Source: an uncultured Thiohalobacter sp.
GTDB lineage: Bacteria > Pseudomonadota > Gammaproteobacteria > DSM-19610
Direction: 5' to 3'
NCBI GenBank assembly: GCA_964469575.1
Contig: CAYYAP010000001.1
Span: 2,581 to 66,580 of the forward strand
DNA length: 64,000 nt
A model generated the notes under the pieces. The model saw only the letters and a program-made list of their open reading frames with translations. It ran no database searches and was not told the origin of the DNA. Made by a program: the position numbers and the translations under genes. Positions 1 to 7,024 of this stretch are shown one piece after another. The stretch's first letter is position 1. Every line of letters begins with the position of its first letter.

Positions 1-264
1 AAAAGGATGTTTATCACGAAACCAGAAGGTTTCATTGGTGGTCATGGCTTCGATAACGCGCTCGCGCAGTACGCCACCCTGACGTTCCCGGCGCAATTTT
101 CCCACCAGTTCGCCCAGGCTACCTCCGCCATTTTCCCGCACCAGCTTGCCCAGGCGGCTCTGCACCAGGTAGTGCTTGTCCTTACCCAGCAGAATGCCAC
201 AGGCCTCCTCCAGAAAAAGACGAAACGCTTCGTAGTCGTCGGACCTGATACTTGACAGTGGCAA
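1..264 (-). CDS. cheR: Chemotaxis protein methyltransferase CheR, N-terminal ~88 codons only (gene runs off the left edge)
   Basis: Absent from the ORF track because it has no stop inside the window. Manual reverse-strand translation from TTG at 264 gives (M)PLSSIRSDDYEAFRLFLEEACGILLGKDKHYLVQSRLGKLVRENGGGSLGELVGKLRRERQGGVLRERVIEAMTTNETFWFRDKHPF. This is the CheR N-terminal helical domain ending in the TTNET-FWFRD motif. AAGGA lies about 8 nt upstream of the TTG. The gene sits directly downstream of cheV. Confidence 0.7.
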   Translation of the reverse strand, partial: MPLSSIRSDDYEAFRLFLEEACGILLGKDKHYLVQSRLGKLVRENGGGSLGELVGKLRRERQGGVLRERVIEAMTTNETFWFRDKHPF

Positions 265-310
265 ACGTGGAGTTCCTTTTCAAAAAGCCTGCAGCAGTCG
301 TAAACGCCGT

Positions 311-1270
311 TTAGCCTGCCTTCGCATCCTGCCAGAACTTCAGCCGAGCCAGTACGGATTTGGCAAGCACATCCGGCTGAAACTTGGCGATAAAATCGTT
401 GGCGCCGACCTTCTCCACCATGGCGTTGTTGAATACGCCGCTCAGCGAGGTATGCAACAGAATATGCAGCTTATCCAGACGTGGGTCCTTGCGCACCTCG
501 GTGGTAAACGTATAGCCATCCATTTCCGGCATCTCAATATCAGAGATCACCATGAACAGCCGCTCGTGCAGGGGCAGGTCAACATCGTCCTCGGCCCACC
601 GTTGCAGTTGTTCCAGCGCCTTTTTCCCATCTTTGGCCAGCACGCACTCAATACCCAACTTGTCGAGCGTGCGTTTGATCTGGTTACGCGCCACCGAGGA
701 GTCATCGGCTACCAGGACAATTGGCTTGCGCTCGTCTTCCTGATCTCCGGCTTCATCAATAAATTCCTGTGAGACTTCTTCGTTCCAGCCAATAACTTCA
801 GCCAACACCTTTTCGACATCAATGATTTCAACCAGCTCACCCTCCACCTTGGTCACGGCAGTCAGGTAATTATCATTGCCGATGCCCTCTGGCGGGGGGA
901 GTATATCGGACCAGTTCATGTTCACAATGCGATCCACGCCGCCCACCAGGAAGCCCTGTACATACTGGTTATATTCGGTCACGACGACGAATTTCTCGGC
1001 CGGGTTCTCCACCCCCGGACCACCGATGGCACGATCCAGATCCATCATGGTAATCGTGCGGCCACGCATATTGGCAACACCTCGCACCACCGGGTGCGCG
1101 TCGGGAATGATGGTCAGCGGTGGACACTGGATCACTTCCTGTACCTTGAAAACATTAATTCCAAACAACTGCTTGCCGGCGAGGCGGAACAACAGTAATT
1201 CCAGCCGGTTGTGGCCGGCCAGCTGGGTTCGCAGATCAACGTTGGCCAAAACACCGCTCATGGCGCTCAC
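311..1270 (-). CDS. cheV: CheV: CheW-like coupling domain fused to a C-terminal receiver domain
   Basis: 319 aa. The N-terminal half has CheW-like sequence (LELLLFRL...QLFGINVFKVQEV...VANMRGRTITMMDL). The C-terminal half has REC sequence (IVLVADDSSVARNQIKRTL...MVISDIEMPEMDG...). The context is flagellar/chemotaxis. Confidence 0.9.
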   Translation of the reverse strand: MSAMSGVLANVDLRTQLAGHNRLELLLFRLAGKQLFGINVFKVQEVIQCPPLTIIPDAHPVVRGVANMRGRTITMMDLDRAIGGPGVENPAEKFVVVTEYNQYVQGFLVGGVDRIVNMNWSDILPPPEGIGNDNYLTAVTKVEGELVEIIDVEKVLAEVIGWNEEVSQEFIDEAGDQEDERKPIVLVADDSSVARNQIKRTLDKLGIECVLAKDGKKALEQLQRWAEDDVDLPLHERLFMVISDIEMPEMDGYTFTTEVRKDPRLDKLHILLHTSLSGVFNNAMVEKVGANDFIAKFQPDVLAKSVLARLKFWQDAKAG

Positions 1271-1303
1271 TCCCTTGTGTACAGTAACAATTTCTCGAAC
1301 GGG

Positions 1304-1330
1304 CTATCGGCGCTGCGCGACGAAGCTTGA
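1304..1330 (-). promoter_or_regulatory. Putative sigma-28 (FliA) promoter for cheV-cheR
   Basis: The minus strand reads TCAAGCTT-N11-GCCGATAG, against the TAAAGTTT-N11-GCCGATAA consensus. It ends about 34 nt upstream of the cheV ATG. Confidence 0.45.
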
Positions 1331-1344
1331 TCGTCAAACAGGCA

Positions 1345-1360
1345 TGGCACACGAATTGCA
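1345..1360 (+). promoter_or_regulatory. Putative sigma-54 (RpoN) promoter upstream of flgA
   Basis: TGGCAC-ACGAA-TTGCA matches the -24/-12 consensus TGGCAC-N5-TTGC(A/T) exactly. It lies 40 nt upstream of the flgA ATG at 1401. Confidence 0.55.
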
Positions 1361-1400
1361 ATTTCCCTGGACAACCACTGATGAGGAAATGGGGAACATC

Positions 1401-2126
1401 ATGAACCCAACAGATTTCATTCGTATTTTCATGCTATTGGCAATCGGCGCCGCGCACAGCGCGGCAACCCAGGCCGGGCAGGCGGCAACCACGTGGCAAG
1501 ACCGTGCCGCCATTCGCACCACGGCAGAAAGCTATCTGCACACCATGGTCCGGGGACAACAAAATGGACGCACCGAAGTCCGTCTTGGACAGCTGGATCC
1601 GCGCCTGCGTCTAAAAGCCTGTCACGCACCGCTGCAAGGTTTCACACCACCAGGCAGCCGCTCGCTTGGCAATACCACCATTGGCGTACGTTGTACCGAT
1701 GCCGGTAGCTGGAGCATCTATGTCCCGGCCCATATCGACGTCTTCGCCCCGGTACTGGTCGCCCGCCAGCCGTTGATGCGTGGCACTGTGGCTCAGGTCG
1801 CGGATTTCGAACCGGCAGAACGCAACCTCGCCAACATGCCCTACGGTTACTACACCGATCCGCATGCCATCGCCGGTATGGTGGTGAAACGCACCATAAT
1901 GGCTGCGACCGTGATCACGCCACAAATGCTGCAGGCGCCGAAACTGGTCAGGCGAGGTGAACATGTTGTTATTATTGCAGAAACCGGAAATCTGCGTATC
2001 CGCAGCAGCGGCAAGGCGCTGGGGGATGGCAAATCCGGCGATCTGGTGCGTATCGAGACCTCTGGCTCCCGACGGATCATCGATGGTATTGTGGTTTCAC
2101 AGGGCGTCGTAAAAGTGACGCTTTAG
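1401..2126 (+). CDS. flgA: Flagellar basal-body P-ring formation chaperone FlgA
   Basis: This is the C-terminal 242 codons of track ORF 876..2126. The part before 1389 is antisense to cheV and is discarded. It has a signal peptide (MNPTDFIRIFMLLAIGAAHSAA) and a SAF/FlgA-type C-terminus (VVARQPLMRGTV...GEHVVIIAETGNLRIRSSGKALGDGKSGDLVRIE). An alternative ATG is at 1389. Confidence 0.85.
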   Translation: MNPTDFIRIFMLLAIGAAHSAATQAGQAATTWQDRAAIRTTAESYLHTMVRGQQNGRTEVRLGQLDPRLRLKACHAPLQGFTPPGSRSLGNTTIGVRCTDAGSWSIYVPAHIDVFAPVLVARQPLMRGTVAQVADFEPAERNLANMPYGYYTDPHAIAGMVVKRTIMAATVITPQMLQAPKLVRRGEHVVIIAETGNLRIRSSGKALGDGKSGDLVRIETSGSRRIIDGIVVSQGVVKVTL

Positions 2127-2148
2127 TGACAGCTCTGCAAAAAGCGCC

Positions 2149-2175
2149 TAAAGTTATTGAAGTAACGGGCGATAT
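2149..2175 (+). promoter_or_regulatory. Putative sigma-28 (FliA) class-3 promoter for flgM-flgN
   Basis: TAAAGTTA-N11-GGCGATAT, against TAAAGTTT-N11-GCCGATAA. It ends 43 nt upstream of the flgM ATG. Confidence 0.6.
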
Positions 2176-2217
2176 TGGAACTGTAACACTTGTGAAACAG
2201 TACGTGAGGATCCTGAA

Positions 2218-2541
2218 ATGGAAATAGATAACAACCGCGTCGCAACGCTGATCACTACGGGCAGCAAGCAGGACACACCGGTTGAAAACACGCAGGATGG
2301 CGAATCCGGCGCGACAACGGGCAATAGCAGCACTAATTCAACGGCAGACAGCGTCAGCCTGACGGGTGAAGCCCGTCAAATGCAGGGGCTTGAAGCCCGG
2401 ATTGCGAGTGCGCCTGTGGTGGATACGCAGCGTGTACAGGCTGTCCGCAGTGCGGTGGAAAATGGCACGTTTACCATCAACCCGGAACGCATTGCAGACA
2501 AAATGATCAATCTTGAGCAAGCGCTCACCAGTGCAAGGTAG
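2218..2541 (+). CDS. flgM: Anti-sigma-28 factor FlgM
   Basis: 107 aa. The N-terminus is low-complexity and unstructured. The C-terminus is FlgM-like (DSVSLTGEARQMQGL...VDTQRVQAVRSAVENGTFTINPERIADKMI). It sits between flgA and flgN. Confidence 0.85.
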   Translation: MEIDNNRVATLITTGSKQDTPVENTQDGESGATTGNSSTNSTADSVSLTGEARQMQGLEARIASAPVVDTQRVQAVRSAVENGTFTINPERIADKMINLEQALTSAR

Positions 2542-2547
2542 CAGACC

Positions 2548-3030
2548 ATGGACAATGAAGGGAATCGACATCCGCTGGAAATCACGCTGGCACAGGAAGT
2601 GGAATGTAGCCGGCAACTTCTTGATTGCCTTGAATCCGAGCACGACGCGCTGGTCAAACGTGATCTGGAAAGCCTGGAAATCACCACGAACAGGAAGTTC
2701 GATTGCAGCCAGCAGCTCGAACAACTCGAAACACGGCGTGGCGCCCTGATTAAGTCACTGGGGTTTGAAAATACCCCGGGCAAACTGCCACAGTGCTTTG
2801 CCACCCTCCCCTGTGCCGAGCAGCTTTCCCGTCTGTGGGAACAGCTGCTCGAAAACATTGAATCCTGCCAGACCCGCAACCTGACCAATGGCGGTATCCT
2901 TGAAGCCGGACGCCAGCACGTCGAACAGGCGCTGGGTATTCTGCGCGGCCAGACCGGCGCACCCTCCGTGTATGCCCAGGATGGCGAAGCCCGTGCAAAT
3001 CTCGGGCAACGCGAGCTTGGCAAGGTGTGA
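2548..3030 (+). CDS. flgN: Flagellar export chaperone FlgN
   Basis: 160 aa and helical, with LLDCLESEHDALVKRDLESLEITTNRKFDCSQQLEQLE typical of FlgN. It lies 6 nt after flgM. Confidence 0.8.
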   Translation: MDNEGNRHPLEITLAQEVECSRQLLDCLESEHDALVKRDLESLEITTNRKFDCSQQLEQLETRRGALIKSLGFENTPGKLPQCFATLPCAEQLSRLWEQLLENIESCQTRNLTNGGILEAGRQHVEQALGILRGQTGAPSVYAQDGEARANLGQRELGKV

Positions 3031-3038
3031 ATCAAGGC

Positions 3039-3065
3039 TCAAGACCCGCCATCCCGGGCCGATTA
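3039..3065 (+). promoter_or_regulatory. Possible sigma-28 promoter for the ycgR-like gene
   Basis: TCAAGACC-N11-GCCGATTA. The -10 element is good. The -35 element is weak and shares TCAAG with the cheV site. Confidence 0.35.
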
Positions 3066-3123
3066 CCTCTTCTATTAAAGTAAACTATCACGAAACAATC
3101 CGGGGAACCGACGCCCGCTACCG

Positions 3124-3885
3124 GTGCGTCGTACAGGGCCAATGTTCGCGACACTGAAACGCGCATTCCAGGGGGAAGTCCGCGATAACGGTGAGGAAGA
3201 CGTCACCAGCCGCAGTGCAATTATCGCCACCCTTCATCAGCTTAAAACCGAGCACGAACTGCTCAGCGTGCAGGTGCCCGGCTGTGCCGATACGGCCAGC
3301 AGCGCCATCCTTGGCATCAAGGAGGACCAGGACTGCTATTACCTGGATGAACTCAACCTGCCATCGACCCACAAGGCCTTCATCGAAAAACGCAAGGCGG
3401 TTATCCATTGCCGCTTACAGGGCATGGAAATCCATTTACCCTGCCGATTACAAAACGTCAGCAGCGACGGCGGCATTGCCCTGTACAGGATCTGCATCCC
3501 CAGGCGAATGATCCGGGTCCAGCGGCGTGAACATTTTCGCCTGCGACTGAACGCCGGACTGACGGTGCCCGTGTCCGTACCGCACCTCGAAGGCCACCAC
3601 GCATCGGGAGAAGCCTTCGACCTGTCTACCGGAGGGGTTGGCGCTTTTATCCATACACACGACATCCCCAGCCGGGGCCAGCTCCTCACCGGCGTATCAA
3701 TCGCCCTGCCGCAGGCACCATCCTTCAAGGCAAACGTCGAGATACGTTTCGCGCGTGTTGACAAGATTCACCATACGCTCAGAATCGGTGCGCGTTTCAT
3801 CAGCCTGGACAGAAACCAGGAGCGCATCATTGCGCACTTTCTTGCAGAACAGCAACGCAAACGCAGACGCCACAATCCGGGCTGA
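3124..3885 (+). CDS. ycgR: YcgR-like flagellar brake protein (PilZN + PilZ c-di-GMP receptor)
   Basis: 253 aa. The PilZ signature is present: QRREHFRLRL (RxxxR) followed by DLSTGGVGAF (D/NxSxxG). An N-terminal YcgR-type domain is present and the gene is adjacent to flgMN. The track start is GTG 3124, with an alternative ATG at 3142. Confidence 0.8.
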   Translation: MRRTGPMFATLKRAFQGEVRDNGEEDVTSRSAIIATLHQLKTEHELLSVQVPGCADTASSAILGIKEDQDCYYLDELNLPSTHKAFIEKRKAVIHCRLQGMEIHLPCRLQNVSSDGGIALYRICIPRRMIRVQRREHFRLRLNAGLTVPVSVPHLEGHHASGEAFDLSTGGVGAFIHTHDIPSRGQLLTGVSIALPQAPSFKANVEIRFARVDKIHHTLRIGARFISLDRNQERIIAHFLAEQQRKRRRHNPG

Positions 3886-3925
3886 GTCAGGTCTTGCAGA
3901 AAAGCTGTGACAGGGATGCGGAAAG

Positions 3926-5317
3926 TCAGTCCAGCGGCTTACCCGAAATCGGGTCATAGATTACCACGGCAACATTCTGCCGGTTATGCCGCGCCTCTAT
4001 ACGCAGCGTCATACCGGGTTCGACCGGTATGGGCGGCACTATCAACTTTGCAACCTGGTACCAGTGCGCGCAGTAACACTCACCGGCTGTTTCACCTTCA
4101 AACAGGGGACGGTTATCAATCTGCGCCTGCTCATCCAGCTGCAGGCGGATCCAGAAAACCAGCGCGTGGCAGACTCCCGCCCCGGTAATCGGAATATCGT
4201 GACGCTGACGGGGGGGCGTTGGCTCACCACCGGTCAAGTCAAAATCGAAAACCTGAAACTCATCGGCCAGCAACCGGCCGCTGAAACTTGCCGCTTCCAG
4301 GGCAATCGTATCGGGTCTGAACCGGTTCAGCGCGGCAAGGTCAAAACCACTGGCCTGGTATGCACCACCTTCCTGCCACAAACGTTCCGACTCAACCAGC
4401 CCGCCGTAAAGTAGCGCCTTGCCGGGAATCAGTGCCGCATCAGGCGCCAGCAGATGGCGGCGCGCATGGTCAAAGGTAGCCAGGGCACCCTCGCCAATCA
4501 CCATCGTGTCAAACACTTCTGCAACCAGCACGTCAGGGCGGGTATGTTTCGGAAAATCTGTTTCCGGGTCGAGTCGCAGGGACGGCTTGTTAATCACCCG
4601 GATACGATCCGAATAACCATTCGCTTTTATAATCTCCCGGGCCAGCTCAGCCAGCGCAGGATTGGCTTCACAGGCGATGACCTGTCTGGCACCGGCGCGA
4701 GCCGCCATCATGGACAGCAAGCCCGTACCGGCGCCGATATCCAGCACGACACTGCCGGGGGTAATGGCACGTTCCAGTGCCGCTTCGAACTGGTGGTTAC
4801 GCACCTCATCATTGACCATGGCAAAATGCCAGCGATCCACCAGGCGGCTGTTGAGCAGCTGCAGGTTGCGCCTGGTAAAGGCATCGTCAGGTTCCAGCCC
4901 CGCCGCACGCAGGAGCAGTGAACGGGCCTCGTCGAACTGCCCCATCCCCCACAGTGCAACGGCGTAGCCGTTCAATATACTGACGTCATCGGGTTGTAGT
5001 TGCATGGCGCGCTGATAACAACGCAAGGCTTCCTGCGTTCGGCCGATCCGTACATTGACGTCCCCCAGGTGCAGATAGGACATCGCCTGTCCCGGGTCAA
5101 GTTTGATGGCACGATTGAGGGAATGTCCCGCAGCCGGTAAATCACCCGTCGCGGAAAGACACTGGCCCAGTAAAGTCAGCGCCTGAACGTGATCTTCCTG
5201 CGCCGACAATATTGACCTGCAATGGACAATGGCCTGCCAGGGATCGCCCTGTTGATTGCATTGGCTCGCCAGTGCAAGTTGCTCATCTGCAGACGATGCG
5301 TTTTGGGGTAGCTTCAT
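3926..5317 (-). CDS. TPR-repeat protein fused to a protein-arginine-methyltransferase-like class I SAM methyltransferase
   Basis: 463 aa. The N-terminal ~150 aa are TPR repeats. Then come VVLDIGAGTGLLSMMAARAGARQVIACE (SAM motif I/post-I), DVLVAEVFDTMVIGEG (E-x8-E with double-E-loop spacing) and CAHWYQV (THW-loop-like). Confidence 0.75.
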   Translation of the reverse strand: MKLPQNASSADEQLALASQCNQQGDPWQAIVHCRSILSAQEDHVQALTLLGQCLSATGDLPAAGHSLNRAIKLDPGQAMSYLHLGDVNVRIGRTQEALRCYQRAMQLQPDDVSILNGYAVALWGMGQFDEARSLLLRAAGLEPDDAFTRRNLQLLNSRLVDRWHFAMVNDEVRNHQFEAALERAITPGSVVLDIGAGTGLLSMMAARAGARQVIACEANPALAELAREIIKANGYSDRIRVINKPSLRLDPETDFPKHTRPDVLVAEVFDTMVIGEGALATFDHARRHLLAPDAALIPGKALLYGGLVESERLWQEGGAYQASGFDLAALNRFRPDTIALEAASFSGRLLADEFQVFDFDLTGGEPTPPRQRHDIPITGAGVCHALVFWIRLQLDEQAQIDNRPLFEGETAGECYCAHWYQVAKLIVPPIPVEPGMTLRIEARHNRQNVAVVIYDPISGKPLD

Positions 5318-5362
5318 GGGGTGCCTATGATGAATACGCCAGAATGACGGGGAAGGGATTCA

Positions 5363-5809
5363 TCAGAGTTTCTCTGTCTCTTTCAGCTTGACGCCACTCT
5401 GCTTCAGGAAAAACAGCACCGCCGCTTTCAACTCGGCATCACTGCAGTTTTCACAGCCACCGCGGGGTGGCATCAATTCCTGTTTATAGCCCTTGATCGT
5501 ATGCTCCATGAGTACTTTCATGCCTTGCCTGGCGCGCATGCTCCACTCGACATCGTCATTGGGCATGGGCGCACCCTGTGTCGTTTTAGCGTGGCAGCCT
5601 GCGCAACGGTAGGTGTAAACCTGCGCACCCGTACGCGGCGGCCCTTTCCAGGGTTCCGGCGGACGATTGATTTCATCCCGATAGCCCTGGGTGCCTTGCA
5701 CGGTTTTTTGTGCGGCTTTTTGCACGGCATAGCCTGGCGCTACCAGGAGTAGCCCCATCAATAGCAGGACGAGGCGTTTAGCGTAGTTTAATTTCAGCCC
5801 GTTCATCAC
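5363..5809 (-). CDS. Class I c-type cytochrome (cytochrome c5 family)
   Basis: 148 aa with a signal peptide and a single CAGCH heme motif. The distal PPRGG...C..C segment is typical of c5-type cytochromes. Confidence 0.8.
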   Translation of the reverse strand: MMNGLKLNYAKRLVLLLMGLLLVAPGYAVQKAAQKTVQGTQGYRDEINRPPEPWKGPPRTGAQVYTYRCAGCHAKTTQGAPMPNDDVEWSMRARQGMKVLMEHTIKGYKQELMPPRGGCENCSDAELKAAVLFFLKQSGVKLKETEKL

Positions 5810-5816
5810 GACCCCC

Positions 5817-6284
5817 TTACCGACACCAGGATGTTTCGGGCGGCACAGTGTCGGAACGCGCCAGTCCTGCGGTCTTCAACGCCTGACTCAAACTGCCCTG
5901 GTTGGTCATAATATCCGAGTAGGCCTGTTCTGAAGCACTGGTCTCCATGCGCATATTCTTGACGAAGACTTTTTTCGCCTTATCGATAAATTGCCGGGTG
6001 AAAGCAAGCGCCCTGGCGGCCTTCTCACGCTCGCAGTCATCCGCCTGCGGGGTATCTTCGGGAATTTCCAGCCCGGGCAGATTGATGGCGGTATTTCTGG
6101 CAAAACCCGGCCAGGTTTCGTAACTGACGGTTATTTCACTCGGGGTATCAATACTGACCACTTTGACCTCTATCTTCCCCGGAAATGGCACATAGCTCGC
6201 CAGCAACAGGCCCGAATACAGCCCTCCCAGAATGCCGACCGTCATCATCCGGCCCCTGATTCGCAGTTTTTTTTCAATCGACAT
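5817..6284 (-). CDS. Membrane-anchored hypothetical protein with degenerate thermonuclease (SNase)-like pattern
   Basis: 155 aa with an N-terminal TM helix. INLPGLEIPE...C.REKAARALAFTRQFI...VFVKN...GSLSQALKTAGLAR follows the SNase layout (VRLxGIDAPE...). The first catalytic Arg position is Asn. The family assignment is weak. Confidence 0.5.
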   Translation of the reverse strand: MSIEKKLRIRGRMMTVGILGGLYSGLLLASYVPFPGKIEVKVVSIDTPSEITVSYETWPGFARNTAINLPGLEIPEDTPQADDCEREKAARALAFTRQFIDKAKKVFVKNMRMETSASEQAYSDIMTNQGSLSQALKTAGLARSDTVPPETSWCR

Positions 6285-6367
6285 AGTTCTCTCCTCTGTT
6301 CAACTTCTCAACTTCAACCCGGCACACACGGTGCCCTTACGCTTTATCGCTACACCTGCAAGGTCAT

Positions 6368-7024
6368 TCAACCTTTTTTATCCAGCGCAGCACGTTCTTT
6401 TTCCACCAGGCTGTCCAGCACCTCAAGCATCTGTGCCTGGTCGCGCACGAAATACGGCGCTGTTTTAAACTTTCCGTTGACAATCACGGCCGGCACACCC
6501 CTCAGACCATATTTAACCGTTTTCAAACGGGCTTCATTGACGCTGGCGGCGAGTTCCGGCGAGCGATAGAGCGCAAGCACTTTTCCACGATCTTCACCCT
6601 GCTTGACGAAAAAGTCGATCACGGAGGATTTGTTATAAATCTGTTCACCTCCTTCGTGAATAGCTTTGAACATGGCCGCGTGCAACTGGTCGAACCTGCC
6701 CAGCGCCCGGGCGATATAAAAGGCGCGCGCCTGGTCTGCCCAGCCAGGCCCGACAATGGCCGGAATACGGTGGAAATCGATATACGGCTTGTCTTTAAGC
6801 CATTGCGTCATCTTTGCATCCATCGTGTAGCAGTGCGGGCAGGCATAGAAAAACATCTCTACAACCTCGACCTTGTTTTTATGCTCGCCCAGGGGTGACG
6901 GTGGTGTGATACGTTGGTACTGGGAACCTTCATGGAACCGCTCTGCCACCGATTCGGCATGGGAAAGCGGCCCATAAGCGAACAGCATCAGAACGGGTAA
7001 GAGTATTCGGTAGTACGGTTTCAT
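6368..7024 (-). CDS. dsbA: Periplasmic thiol:disulfide oxidoreductase DsbA
   Basis: FFYACPHCY active site with signal peptide MKPYYRILLPVLMLFAYGPLSHA. I place the start at the internal ATG 7024, which overlaps the cusA stop as ATGA. The track ORF extends to 7078. Confidence 0.85.
   Translation of the reverse strand: MKPYYRILLPVLMLFAYGPLSHAESVAERFHEGSQYQRITPPSPLGEHKNKVEVVEMFFYACPHCYTMDAKMTQWLKDKPYIDFHRIPAIVGPGWADQARAFYIARALGRFDQLHAAMFKAIHEGGEQIYNKSSVIDFFVKQGEDRGKVLALYRSPELAASVNEARLKTVKYGLRGVPAVIVNGKFKTAPYFVRDQAQMLEVLDSLVEKERAALDKKG

Noticed and set aside
7-255. 82-aa plus-strand ORF at the left edge
   Set aside because: It is the antisense shadow of a clear CheR N-terminus on the minus strand (TTNETFWFRD motif). 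It has no motif of its own.
876-1400. N-terminal 170 codons of track ORF 876..2126
   Set aside because: This part is antisense to cheV and has a Ser/Thr/Pro/Arg-rich nonsense composition. The real FlgA starts at 1389/1401, after the sigma-54 motif.
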